A stretch of DNA of 64,000 nt from Tubiluchus corallicola (GCA_030141605.1 JAQGDQ010000325.1:1-64000), one strand, 5' to 3'. Positions 29,757-39,467 are shown, counted from the stretch's first letter. Translations and numbers: made by a program. The notes: generated from the letters alone by a model not told the origin.

Positions 29757-32576
29757 TTAAAATTGAATAATGAAATTGCTTAGACTTTCTTTGGCGGGAA
29801 GGTTTAATTTTTTACGTAATCTGTATCTTCTTGTTTCCACTCCTTTTAAGGAAAGATTAAGTACTTTTGCTATTTCTTTGCTTGTAAGGTTCATTTTAAT
29901 TAAAGCAGCAAGTTTTAAGTCATTCGGAGTTATTTTAGAATATTTATGGGCTAATTTTTCTAAGAATAATTCGTGAATTTTGTTAAAATTATGCTCAAAA
30001 ATATTACCTGTTTCATCTTCTTTTAGGTTGAGTTTTATTACGTTTTCTATTTTAAATATTATTTGTTTCATATTATAATTTTCGCCTTTTTTTGTTATTT
30101 GTTGTAGCTCTTTTTTTATATTCAAAAGTCTTTCGTTTCTTTTTTCTAATATCATTGCAATGTCTGCCAGTTTTTTCCTGTTGTTTTGTAAGTTATTTTC
30201 TATATCTTTTTTCTGTTTGTATATTATTACTTTTTTTGTTTTTTGTTTTTTCAGATAAATAAGAATGAGTGATATAACAGTAATTAATACTACAATTTCT
30301 ATTAGTATTATGCTTGTTTTTAAATACCAAGGCTTTAAGATTGTAATTGTTATTTTCTGAATGTTTTCACTTACATTTGTTCTAACACTTAGTTTATATT
30401 TTCCGTAACCTATATTTTTTATTTGATAATAGTTCTTTTCTGTTGGCTCTGACCATATAAGAGTGTCTTGTTTTCTGCTAAGAGAAAACTCGTAATATAT
30501 CTTTTGTAAATAGGAAGGAACTTTAAAATAAAATGTAGTGTGACTAAACTTTTTCAAAAAATAATTGCTACTAATTGGAAGATGATGGTAATTGCCATCA
30601 CTGTAAACTTCTACTCTTTTTAAGGCTAACTTGTTTTTAGGCTTTTTTTTATTATTTTCTAGAATATCTAAATAGGCATATCCATTTGTTGTTCCTAATA
30701 AGAAGTCATTGGTAGAAATTTGAGAAATATTTTCATATCTTGGAGTAAGGTTATCAGTAATAGAGTTATCTATAATATAGACTTTATTGCCGTCTTCTGT
30801 GTTGCTAATAGCTAATTTTTTTGTTCCTTTCCATAAGATTGAGTTCGAGTTATTGGATTTTATAATATTGATAGGGTAGCCTAAATCCATCGCAACTACT
30901 GGGCTGTCATAAGGTATAATGGTGTCTTTATTCTCAACCAAGTTGTATTGATATAAACCTGTTTTAGATGAAACTATAATATTGTTGTCAATTTCTGATA
31001 CATAAAAACTAGAAGTTGTTTTTGTAAACTGGCTAAGAAAATCTCTTTCTATATGTAAAATCCTATCATATTCTTTGGAGATAGTAAGTTTGGAATATTT
31101 ATCATAACGGTTTCTAATTATAATAATCGTATCGTTTACTTGAAACCAGTTTTTTATAGGAGTATCAATGCCTTTTACCTTTTTTAAATACTTTATTTCA
31201 TTATTGACTTTTTTGTATAGATGCAAACCTGTGTAAGATGCTTGCATATAAATACTTGTATCTTGTTGTAAATTTCTAACTGTCCATCCACCAGAAACAT
31301 TTGATATGAGTTCTGTTGTCAATTTATTTACTGCATAGGTTTTAGAATTATGCCCACAGACAATTACGTCTCCAATCTTTTGCAAACTCCAAGTTTGTCC
31401 TGAAATATTATTTAATAATTGAAAATCTTCATTTAATGTTGAATCCAACTTTTTAAAAAACAACCCTTGATTAGTTCCTAAATAAAGGTAATCATTGTCT
31501 ATTAAGGTAGCATAAACTGTCCCTACTTTACCTGCTTTGTCAATCATGTATTTATAAGGAGAAGATAGTTTCAATTTAGATATTCCCTCGTCTGTCCCTA
31601 TCCATAAATTATCTTCTATATCTATAAACAATGATAATATAGTATTGTTTATTAGCCCATTTGTTTTATTTAAAGTATATACTATGTTACCATTACTATC
31701 AGCAATAATAACACCATCGCCTATTGTGCCTATTATAAATTTATCTTTATATGTAATAGCATTATTAATTGATATATTATTATCTACTATAAATTTATTT
31801 AAAGGAGAATGCCAAGTATTTACCGTTCCTTCATAAGTAAAAATACCTGCTTCCTGTGTGCCAATCAACAGAGTATTGTCTGTGTAGGGTAAAATAAATT
31901 TGATGATTTGTTTGCTTATTTCCCGTGTGTTGTCAAATAGTTTTAACTTATCCTCACCAGTTCCCTTAAATAAGCCCACCTTAAAATCGTGGATAATAAT
32001 ACTGTCTCTTACAAGAAACATATTATAATATTCACTAGGAATACTTTTCCATCTTTTTTGTGGCGTATGAAAATAAATACCTGAAAAAGATCTATATATT
32101 GTATCTTTTTCATTGATGAAAATACTCCATATCTCACCTTTTATATTTTCAAATTTTGAGGAAGTATAAACCTGTGTGTATGTGCTGTCTCTTTTCCAAT
32201 ATCCATAGTCGCCACGTCCACCTGTAAAAATACTACCACCCGAAGATTCTACAGATTTAATAGTTCTATCATTTGGCAGCTGATATAATGTCCATACTGC
32301 TCCATCTAACTCTAATAAACCTTTATTATTTGCCACATATATATGCCTATCTTCACCTTGTGTTATAGACCAATTCTTTCTTCCTGCGTTATAAACAGCA
32401 GTGCTATAATTTTGCACATCATATGTTAAGTTAGTAGAAAATAAATAGTGATAATTTTCACTAAAAATAATATTAGGAAATAACAGTGCTAAGCACACAG
32501 AAACAAAAAACTTATAAAAAAACCTAATTCTAAACATATAATTAGAAGAGAACAAATTAAACATAAAGATAAACAA
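29757..32576 (-). CDS. Membrane-spanning PUL regulator: periplasmic beta-propeller sensor, TM helix and LuxR-type HTH
   Basis: Propeller repeats (NWSITQ, LWIGTDEGI), KPWY plus a TM segment, and C-terminal DLKLAALIKMNLTSKEIA..LNLS.KGVETRRYRLRKKL. Confidence 0.9.
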   Translation of the reverse strand: MFIFMFNLFSSNYMFRIRFFYKFFVSVCLALLFPNIIFSENYHYLFSTNLTYDVQNYSTAVYNAGRKNWSITQGEDRHIYVANNKGLLELDGAVWTLYQLPNDRTIKSVESSGGSIFTGGRGDYGYWKRDSTYTQVYTSSKFENIKGEIWSIFINEKDTIYRSFSGIYFHTPQKRWKSIPSEYYNMFLVRDSIIIHDFKVGLFKGTGEDKLKLFDNTREISKQIIKFILPYTDNTLLIGTQEAGIFTYEGTVNTWHSPLNKFIVDNNISINNAITYKDKFIIGTIGDGVIIADSNGNIVYTLNKTNGLINNTILSLFIDIEDNLWIGTDEGISKLKLSSPYKYMIDKAGKVGTVYATLIDNDYLYLGTNQGLFFKKLDSTLNEDFQLLNNISGQTWSLQKIGDVIVCGHNSKTYAVNKLTTELISNVSGGWTVRNLQQDTSIYMQASYTGLHLYKKVNNEIKYLKKVKGIDTPIKNWFQVNDTIIIIRNRYDKYSKLTISKEYDRILHIERDFLSQFTKTTSSFYVSEIDNNIIVSSKTGLYQYNLVENKDTIIPYDSPVVAMDLGYPINIIKSNNSNSILWKGTKKLAISNTEDGNKVYIIDNSITDNLTPRYENISQISTNDFLLGTTNGYAYLDILENNKKKPKNKLALKRVEVYSDGNYHHLPISSNYFLKKFSHTTFYFKVPSYLQKIYYEFSLSRKQDTLIWSEPTEKNYYQIKNIGYGKYKLSVRTNVSENIQKITITILKPWYLKTSIILIEIVVLITVISLILIYLKKQKTKKVIIYKQKKDIENNLQNNRKKLADIAMILEKRNERLLNIKKELQQITKKGENYNMKQIIFKIENVIKLNLKEDETGNIFEHNFNKIHELFLEKLAHKYSKITPNDLKLAALIKMNLTSKEIAKVLNLSLKGVETRRYRLRKKLNLPAKESLSNFIIQF

Positions 32577-32754
32577 AATATCTACGGGAACTATATTTAA
32601 ACCTTCACAAAGTAAGGAAGCATTCTTTTTGTATATAGTTGTTTTATGTGAATATACTTAGTTTTAAAAACTTACAGTATAACCCCCAAAACAAATAATT
32701 ACACATAACAAAAGCAAAAAAACAACCGAAAACTACCATAAACAAGGAAAGATA

Positions 32755-32937
32755 ATGTACAAGCAAAAGAAACTCTATGTTTTTGGGTTGGGCGATGAAA
32801 TATTACCTCAATATATAGATATACTTAATGGCTCTATTACTTACAACAAAATAGAGTGGGTAGAGGATTTTGCTTACAACTGTGTGATTTTAAGTTATAG
32901 AGAAAAATTATTACTTTTGAATAGCAAAAAAAGTTAG
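32755..32937 (+). pseudogene. 3' fragment of the passenger gene also found at 7810..8088
   Basis: Lies mostly within the right inverted repeat and shares the KKLYVF...DEIL.QYID peptide. Confidence 0.55.
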
Positions 32938-32980
32938 TTTAATTTATTTACTACCTTTTGGCTATACATTGCATAAATTT
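32767..32980 (-). repeat. Right copy of ~215 bp inverted repeat bracketing the PUL, with an IS-like terminus at 32973
   Basis: Reverse complement AAATTTATGCAATGTATAGCCAAAAGGTAGTAAATAAATTAAACTAAC... matches the sequence from 7657 onward. Confidence 0.9.
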
Positions 32981-34344
32981 TATATTGCCTTGCTAAAAGT
33001 TTTGTTTTTCAGCGTATAGCTACGCAACTGGTTGTCCAACACCATACATATATTACGTAAAAATGTCATTCCTAAATTGGTAATAAATATATTATTTTCT
33101 TCCTTACTTATCAAGCCTTCTTTTTCCATTTGTGCAAACTCGTTACGAGCCTCTTTGCCTATATACTGCTCCAACTCTGGTGTAAAAGTCAATTTTCTGT
33201 TGCAGGCTATACTAAGTATTGCTTGTTTTAGAACAAGATCTTCTTGCGTGAGTAGGTAGCCCTGCTCGTGGTTGAATTGATGTTTCCCAACAGTGTTTTG
33301 GTATTCTTCAATGTTTTTAGTGTTTTGGACGTAAGCATACTTAGCATCGCTAATAGAGGAAGCACCTAAGCCCACAAGTAAGCTGGTGTTATTGGTATTA
33401 TAGCCCATAAAATTTCTATGCAGCTTATTGTTTCTACTTGCTATGTAGAGACTCTCACTGGGTAATGAAAAATGATCCATCCCAATATCTTTGTAACCAA
33501 GTTTAAGAAGGGACTGCTTACCTGCTTCGTAAAGTTGTCTTTTGAATGTACTACTGGGGATATTTTCTTTGGCAAATGCCTTTTGATTTTTAGCCATCCA
33601 CGGCACATAAGCAAACGAATAATAAGCAATGCGGTCAGGCTTCAATTGTGCTATATGTTTGAAAGTGTCTTCTATACTTGAAATTTGTTGTTTTGGCAAC
33701 CCGTAAATAAGGTCATAGTTGATAGAGGTATAGCCTATGCCTCTGGCTTGGTCTGTTACCTCTTTTACTTTCTGCACATTGTGTATCCTGTTAGATATTT
33801 TTTGTACCTCAGGGTCAAAATCTTGTACCCCAAAACTTACCCTGCGAGAACCAAGTTTATACAAAACTTGCAGATGCTTCTCCGTAGTACTGTTGGGATG
33901 TGCCTCAAAGCTGAGCTCAAAATTGGAGCGTATAATAGAGGATTCTTTGATGCTTGTAATAAGTCTTTTCAGGTTGTTGGGACTGAAAAATGTAGGTGTG
34001 CCACCCCCAAGATGCAATTCTTTGAGTATAGGTTTTTCTTCAAATAGTTCGAGGTAGGTGTTCCACTCGTTGATGAGTGCATTTATATAAGGAGTTTCTA
34101 CATTACGATTTTTTGCTATTCTGTTGGTACAAGCACAATAGGAACATAATTTTCGACAGTAAGGTAAGTGTATATAAAGGCTAATACCTTGTGTGCAGTT
34201 AGTTTCTATAAACGTTCTTTTTACTACCTTTATCCAATCCTCTGAGGATATGCGCTTGTTTTTCCACATTGGAACAGTGGGATAGCTGGTATATCGTGGG
34301 GCTGGTATATTGTATTTGTCTATAAGCTGTTGTAATGTCATCAT
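32980..34344 (-). CDS. hemN: Oxygen-independent coproporphyrinogen III oxidase (radical SAM)
   Basis: PRYTSYPT, SLYIHLPYCRKLCSYCAC, HLGGGTP, GMDHF and LHRNFMGY motifs. Confidence 0.95.
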   Translation of the reverse strand: MMTLQQLIDKYNIPAPRYTSYPTVPMWKNKRISSEDWIKVVKRTFIETNCTQGISLYIHLPYCRKLCSYCACTNRIAKNRNVETPYINALINEWNTYLELFEEKPILKELHLGGGTPTFFSPNNLKRLITSIKESSIIRSNFELSFEAHPNSTTEKHLQVLYKLGSRRVSFGVQDFDPEVQKISNRIHNVQKVKEVTDQARGIGYTSINYDLIYGLPKQQISSIEDTFKHIAQLKPDRIAYYSFAYVPWMAKNQKAFAKENIPSSTFKRQLYEAGKQSLLKLGYKDIGMDHFSLPSESLYIASRNNKLHRNFMGYNTNNTSLLVGLGASSISDAKYAYVQNTKNIEEYQNTVGKHQFNHEQGYLLTQEDLVLKQAILSIACNRKLTFTPELEQYIGKEARNEFAQMEKEGLISKEENNIFITNLGMTFLRNICMVLDNQLRSYTLKNKTFSKAI

Positions 34345-34519
34345 TGCATAATTTATAGCAAAGATAACTAAATAAGAACAACCATATTAACCTTATTATA
34401 CAAAGTATGATATAACAAAAGTCTCCTAAAATACTTTGAGGAATAAGTAGCATTTTTTTTACTTGTTTTAATAGCGTTTTAATAGCAATTTTTACAATAT
34501 TTTAAAAAAAAGTAATAAA

Positions 34520-34564
34520 AGAAGCAAATATCTTAGCTGCTAACTATATGCAAGAACATTGCAG
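34520..34564 (+). repeat. 45 bp direct repeat, copy 1
   Basis: AGAAGCAAATATCTTAGCTGCTAACTATATGCAAGAACATTGCAG; 43/45 identical to 39356-39400. Confidence 0.9.
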
Positions 34565-34587
34565 GTGTAAGCTATCTTTTTGCATAA

Positions 34588-36048
34588 TTATTTCAAAGTA
34601 ATTAAATAGGAAATAAGACAACCAAGTAATAAAATGATAAAGCTTAAGACAGATAATTTACCAATAATGTGAGGAAACTTACAAAACACAGAAATGTTGT
34701 TATTTAGATAAATAGAACTAAACAACTGTTCATAATGATTATAACTACTTTCTTTTACAACTTTGCCATTTGGAGATACAATAAAAGCCACTCCTTTTTG
34801 CACTGAACGGACAATATATTTTTGTAAAGAAATAGCTTGTATTCTAGCCAATAGAAGCATTTGTTTCTCTATGTTCCTATTCCCAAATTGATTGTCATCA
34901 GAGGTTACAAAAATAAATTTAGCCCCCTCTTTTACTTTATGGGCTAAAAAATCACTGAAAAACGCCTCATAACAGATAGCTACAAAAAAGGTATCATTAC
35001 CATTAACAAACAAACTGGTAGTATCTTCTTGCTTACTATGTTTTCTTGGAACATACTGTTTGATAAAGTCTACTTTACCCAATATTGAACTATAAGGTAT
35101 AAATTCACCAAAAGGAGCAAGAAGTTGCTTATGGCGTATTGTTAATCTTTTCTTATTTATTCCTATTGCAGCATTGAAACTTCTATCTTTTTCAATTGTA
35201 ACAATACCAGAAACTACAAATATATCCCTCGACAGTGTATTTAATCCCCTTTTAATTCCTGTTATTTTAGGATGAAATACAATATGCTTACTATTAAACT
35301 GTTCCACTCCTTCTGGCAGGAGAATATAATCTAATGTATCTTTATATGAATTGAGCAAGTAATCACTCGTTAAATACAGTGCGTTTCTCTGCTCTTCTTT
35401 TAAACTATATGCAAGTACATTTCTTTTACTATTCTTTTTTTCAACAGGGTTATTTAAGAAATGGGAGAACATAATAGGAATACCTATAACCAGCAACAAA
35501 CAACTAATAGCGAATGAAAATCGTTTCTTGCTTACTTTAAACTGTTGTATTGACAAATAAATAAGAGCATTGACAACAAGTATCCACAAACTACCACCCA
35601 ATACCCCTGTATATCTATACCACTGAATAAGCTCAGAATATAAGCCAAGACTATTGCCCAATGTTAAGAACGGATTAGCCACTTCCCATTTGAGAAAAAG
35701 GTATTCTACACTTATCCAACTCATAGTAAAGAAAAGAAGGTTATACTTCCTAAATAGAAACAACGAGCAACAAGCAAGAAAAATAAAAGAAGTAAAAACA
35801 AAAACACCCAAAAGACCCTCTATGTAAGTGTTGGTATAATCAAAGAAAAAACCCAACTGTAAAACATTCCACAGCAATATAGATAAGAAAGTATATAATA
35901 AAAACACACCTATCCTGCTATGTTGAGCCACCCAAAAGAAAGGAACAAAACAAAAGAAAATTAAGAACGTAAAACCTCCTCCAAAAGAAGCATACAAACA
36001 CAACCCGTTCAATATGGCAGGAACTACTGTGCCAAATAATGTTTTCAT
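34588..36048 (-). CDS. lnt: Apolipoprotein N-acyltransferase (Lnt, nitrilase fold)
   Basis: Multi-TM N-terminus (LGNSLG, TGVLGGSLWIL) and the catalytic triad in LPEG, HKQLLAPFGEFIP and AICYE. Confidence 0.85.
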   Translation of the reverse strand: MKTLFGTVVPAILNGLCLYASFGGGFTFLIFFCFVPFFWVAQHSRIGVFLLYTFLSILLWNVLQLGFFFDYTNTYIEGLLGVFVFTSFIFLACCSLFLFRKYNLLFFTMSWISVEYLFLKWEVANPFLTLGNSLGLYSELIQWYRYTGVLGGSLWILVVNALIYLSIQQFKVSKKRFSFAISCLLLVIGIPIMFSHFLNNPVEKKNSKRNVLAYSLKEEQRNALYLTSDYLLNSYKDTLDYILLPEGVEQFNSKHIVFHPKITGIKRGLNTLSRDIFVVSGIVTIEKDRSFNAAIGINKKRLTIRHKQLLAPFGEFIPYSSILGKVDFIKQYVPRKHSKQEDTTSLFVNGNDTFFVAICYEAFFSDFLAHKVKEGAKFIFVTSDDNQFGNRNIEKQMLLLARIQAISLQKYIVRSVQKGVAFIVSPNGKVVKESSYNHYEQLFSSIYLNNNISVFCKFPHIIGKLSVLSFIILLLGCLISYLITLK

Positions 36049-36109
36049 AAGAGAAAAACCCTAAAAACACCAATTCTTTTAGGGCTCAATAAATTACCCA
36101 TCTAATAGT

Positions 36110-37144
36110 TTACTTTTTTATTATACACCCTCTAATATATGGTGCCAAATCCCTAACCAAAAAGGCAGGCAAAACAGCTTCACTTGCACCATAGGTTTTT
36201 ACAGAGTAGCCTCCTATATCTTTTATTCTCACATTACCTCTAAGTACAGTAATATAAATAAGAGCTCCATCAGGAATATCATCAAACATCTTTCTATACA
36301 ACGTTGCAGAGCCATTATCATTTGCTATAAATCGGCTCCTAACAACATAAACGTCCTCAGGTTGTTTTCCTTCATCAACAAATCCTAACCATTCTACCAT
36401 TATAATTACTCCATTTTTATTCTTTCCATCAGAATTCCACTTCAAAATAGGATCGCCTCCTCCCCCGCTCCAATTATAATCATCATCATAATGGGCAGAC
36501 TTTCTAAGGGGCTTAAGAAGAAAATGACCCAACTTACAATAATCCCCTGGCATTTTACAGCCATACACACTTTTATGAACACTAAGACTGCTCCCAGACA
36601 CCTTTAAATAAGGATAAAGTTCTTTTTCTGTTTGTATTTTTGGGGCAGTTATTTTTATCAACTCAGGCACATACATAGAAATAGTATCACTCTTGCTTTC
36701 TCCACTTTTCAGTAGCCCTTCTCTTTCAAATACAAAATCAACATCTTGACCATACCAACTGTCCAGCAGGTTAGGTGAACTACTAGCACCTTTCGTAAGA
36801 CTGGTATTATTTTCTTTTAAAGCAATACCATTCACAAGTACTTTTTTCAATTTCAACTCAGTAGTGGTTCTTAGAGCATGTCCAGTTCCCTCATCTTTAA
36901 TTTGAAGAACTTCTTCAGTAGCCAGCGAGTTCTCTTTCAAAGAAGCATAGCCAAAGCTTTTGTCTGTTTCATAATAAAACTGCTCGTAAATACCAATACC
37001 CGAATTCCAGTTTTCAGCACTCTTAGTAGCAAGTTCTACATCATCTAATTCATTTTGTATCTCTCTCTTCTTACAATCCTCTATTACAAAGGGTATGCAC
37101 AAAAGTAAAATCAATAAAGTATAAGGTATATGTCTTTTTTTCAT
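36110..37144 (-). CDS. Hypothetical exported protein, possibly a lipoprotein
   Basis: 344 aa ORF with a signal-like N-terminus followed by CKKRE; no family recognised. Confidence 0.7.
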   Translation of the reverse strand: MKKRHIPYTLLILLLCIPFVIEDCKKREIQNELDDVELATKSAENWNSGIGIYEQFYYETDKSFGYASLKENSLATEEVLQIKDEGTGHALRTTTELKLKKVLVNGIALKENNTSLTKGASSSPNLLDSWYGQDVDFVFEREGLLKSGESKSDTISMYVPELIKITAPKIQTEKELYPYLKVSGSSLSVHKSVYGCKMPGDYCKLGHFLLKPLRKSAHYDDDYNWSGGGGDPILKWNSDGKNKNGVIIMVEWLGFVDEGKQPEDVYVVRSRFIANDNGSATLYRKMFDDIPDGALIYITVLRGNVRIKDIGGYSVKTYGASEAVLPAFLVRDLAPYIRGCIIKK

Positions 37145-37219
37145 AACAATATTATTTTTTTAATATGATGATAAAATACTCTATAACATCTATGACATTA
37201 ATACAGATTAAAATCATTA

Positions 37220-37858
37220 TTATCTCCTATAAGTCACAATATGATCGTATATATACACCCTAAACTCTTGCCCAATTTTCATTATTGCTTTCGAATCAGG
37301 CACTCTTGTACCTACAAGGACAAATTTATCAGTTATTGAGAGAGGGTTGTTTTTAGAAGATTGAGCAAGAATTTTTTTTGTCCAGAGATAATAAAACGAA
37401 CCACCATCATCATAATAGTTATCTGTTCTAATCACAATATCTATATGAAACTTTGTATTACGATCATCAGTCCGGTTAGGGAATGGCACTCTCCTAATCT
37501 CTTTATCCATAACTGTATTATTCTGGTGGTTGTGAAAATAACTATTCTCATCTTTATTGTCTCTACAATCAGATGTTGTCATAAAAACTTTTATAGGAGC
37601 ATAACTAGAACCAACACCATCTTGCAAGAACCTACGTAAATCAGTTATAATATAACCAGGATAGTTGTAATAAGATTTAAAAGCGTGTGAAACTTTTCTT
37701 TCGTCGTATCTAAGTGCAAGTTCTGTAAAGGTTATAGTTCCGTTATTTTTAATATCACAATTACTTGGTGGAGGTAGTCCTGGAGGAGATGATGATGGTA
37801 ATATTAGCCCTAATAAAGAATAGATTAGTAATGAATACAATTGTTTTCTTCTTTTCAT
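37220..37858 (-). CDS. Hypothetical exported protein
   Basis: 212 aa ORF with a signal-like N-terminus and a Pro-rich linker; same strand as its neighbours. Confidence 0.7.
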   Translation of the reverse strand: MKRRKQLYSLLIYSLLGLILPSSSPPGLPPPSNCDIKNNGTITFTELALRYDERKVSHAFKSYYNYPGYIITDLRRFLQDGVGSSYAPIKVFMTTSDCRDNKDENSYFHNHQNNTVMDKEIRRVPFPNRTDDRNTKFHIDIVIRTDNYYDDGGSFYYLWTKKILAQSSKNNPLSITDKFVLVGTRVPDSKAIMKIGQEFRVYIYDHIVTYRR

Positions 37859-37940
37859 AGTTCTTAAGTTTTATATTATAAATAGTTTTTAAATTTTACA
37901 TTGATGCTATATGCCTGTTTTATTATTTTTAGTATAATAC

Positions 37941-38426
37941 TTAGTATCTTAAATCTAAAGAATAAGTAGGAGTATTGTAGTAGTCTCCTTCTTTTTTTAT
38001 GTGATAATTATAAAGAAAGCCTCTACCCACCTGTTTTAATGTATCCCTCTCATACAGGTAAGTTATTGTATTTTCTCCTCCTGAATACTGATGCCTCAAG
38101 CTAATTGTATCCATTTCTCCCTTCCTTAGGTCCCAAAATACATCTTGTTTAAAATCATAACTATGTATCCAAACTGTATCTCCTCTCTGTATTTTATATT
38201 TAGCTTCATAATAAATAAACTTAGCAACATCAGTATGGTTAAATATATAAATAGAAATTGTTTCACCTCCTGCTTCTGGATAATCTTCAGCATAATGCGA
38301 CCTGTGAGAGACATACGAACCTTTCAATACAGGATAAGTAGAAGGGGTAAATATTTCTTCTTTATCTTTATCACAATTAAGAAAAAGTAGTATAAATAGA
38401 AATAAAAAAATAATTGTTTTTTTCAC
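37941..38426 (-). CDS. Hypothetical lipoprotein, paralog of 38450..38977
   Basis: LFLNC lipobox followed by DKDKEE; shares TPSTYPxLKGxYV with the neighbour. Confidence 0.75.
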   Translation of the reverse strand: MKKTIIFLFLFILLFLNCDKDKEEIFTPSTYPVLKGSYVSHRSHYAEDYPEAGGETISIYIFNHTDVAKFIYYEAKYKIQRGDTVWIHSYDFKQDVFWDLRKGEMDTISLRHQYSGGENTITYLYERDTLKQVGRGFLYNYHIKKEGDYYNTPTYSLDLRY

Positions 38427-38449
38427 ATTCTTTTAGTTTTAGTTTAAAA

Positions 38450-38977
38450 CTAATAAACAGCATAAAATATAAGAATATCATCTGTAGGAGTAGAGTAAAT
38501 AGTGTCTGTAGTATATATATAGTCAATCTTATCTCCATTATCATAGGTCACATTCATAGTATCCCCTTTTAAATACAACACACCACCATAAGGTATCTCT
38601 TGTTTTACACCATCATACTCTTTTATCCTGTAATAAATAAACGAATCTACTTCTCCTTCTTTTACTTCCCAGCGTAAATTACTTTCCCTCTGGTGGATAA
38701 AATCAGTCCATATAATTTCTTCTCTAAATCTACGTTCACGCGCAACATAACTTATACAGGCGAGCATATTGGTATGGTCAAAATAGAAAATTTCTATTTC
38801 TTTGGCTTGTAATGTATCATCAGGAAAGTAGTAATAATCATAGTCATAGACATATCCCCCTTTCAATGCAGGATAGGTAGAAGGTGTATAGTTGTTTTTA
38901 TCTTTTGCACAACTTAATAGCGTAGCTACTATTAAAACCAATATAGGTATTATATTTTTCTTAAAAATTAGATTCAT
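38450..38977 (-). CDS. Hypothetical lipoprotein, paralog of 37941..38426
   Basis: LLSC lipobox followed by AKDKNN; TPSTYPALKGGYV. Confidence 0.75.
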   Translation of the reverse strand: MNLIFKKNIIPILVLIVATLLSCAKDKNNYTPSTYPALKGGYVYDYDYYYFPDDTLQAKEIEIFYFDHTNMLACISYVARERRFREEIIWTDFIHQRESNLRWEVKEGEVDSFIYYRIKEYDGVKQEIPYGGVLYLKGDTMNVTYDNGDKIDYIYTTDTIYSTPTDDILIFYAVY

Positions 38978-39261
38978 TTAACAAATATAAAAAAATATTT
39001 TTATGCTTATCAATAAAATACTAAAGAAACTTACCGACTTAAAACACTATCAACATCGTTGGTATAATTTAAGCAATAGCTTATATTCTTGACTTTTAAA
39101 TTTGTCAGTTTCTTTATTTGTTTTCAAGAATATAAAGTGCAACAGGGGGGCAAGTTAACTGATGGACAAGTTTTGAAGTAGCAAGAGGCTACATTTAAAT
39201 GTTAGAATAGGTGAGCAAGCAAAGATAATTTATTATCTTCTGTTATCAAATAACGCTCTTA

Positions 39262-39467
39262 TACATAGACTTCCACGCACGGCAGTACGATGCTAACTTG
39301 GGTAGGTAGTTTGCCGTTGATCCACGTTTGCAAGGAATAAAGACTGGGTAGAAATAGAAGCAAATATCTTAACTGCTAACTATATGCAAGAACATTACAG
39401 ATTGGACTGGAACGATATACTGCACAAGCCTAAATTAGATATAGAACAAAAAAACAACAAAGATTAA
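39262..39467 (+). pseudogene. RHS repeat-associated core remnant joined to a short C-terminal remnant
   Basis: 39262-39324 translates YIDFHARQYDANLGR*FAVDP (RHS core motif with a stop where Trp is expected). 39345-39467 reads WVEIEANILTANYMQEHYRLDWNDILHKPK. Not in the ORF track. Confidence 0.75.
39356..39400 (+). repeat. 45 bp direct repeat, copy 2
   Basis: AGAAGCAAATATCTTAACTGCTAACTATATGCAAGAACATTACAG. Confidence 0.9.

Noticed and set aside
32980-34344. Radical SAM gene as the sulfatase maturase (anSME)
   Set aside because: Its motifs (PRYTSYPT, GMDHF, LHRNFMGY) are those of HemN, it lacks a Cys-rich SPASM domain, and it lies outside the inverted repeats.
34199-34453. Hydrophobic 84 aa ORF overlapping the hemN start
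   Set aside because: It overlaps hemN out of frame and starts at a weak codon. It might be a membrane-gene remnant, but I cannot support that.
225-38390. Numerous short ORFs antisense to or nested in the bacterial genes
   Set aside because: They are shadow frames of well-supported genes, with no motifs or independent signals.
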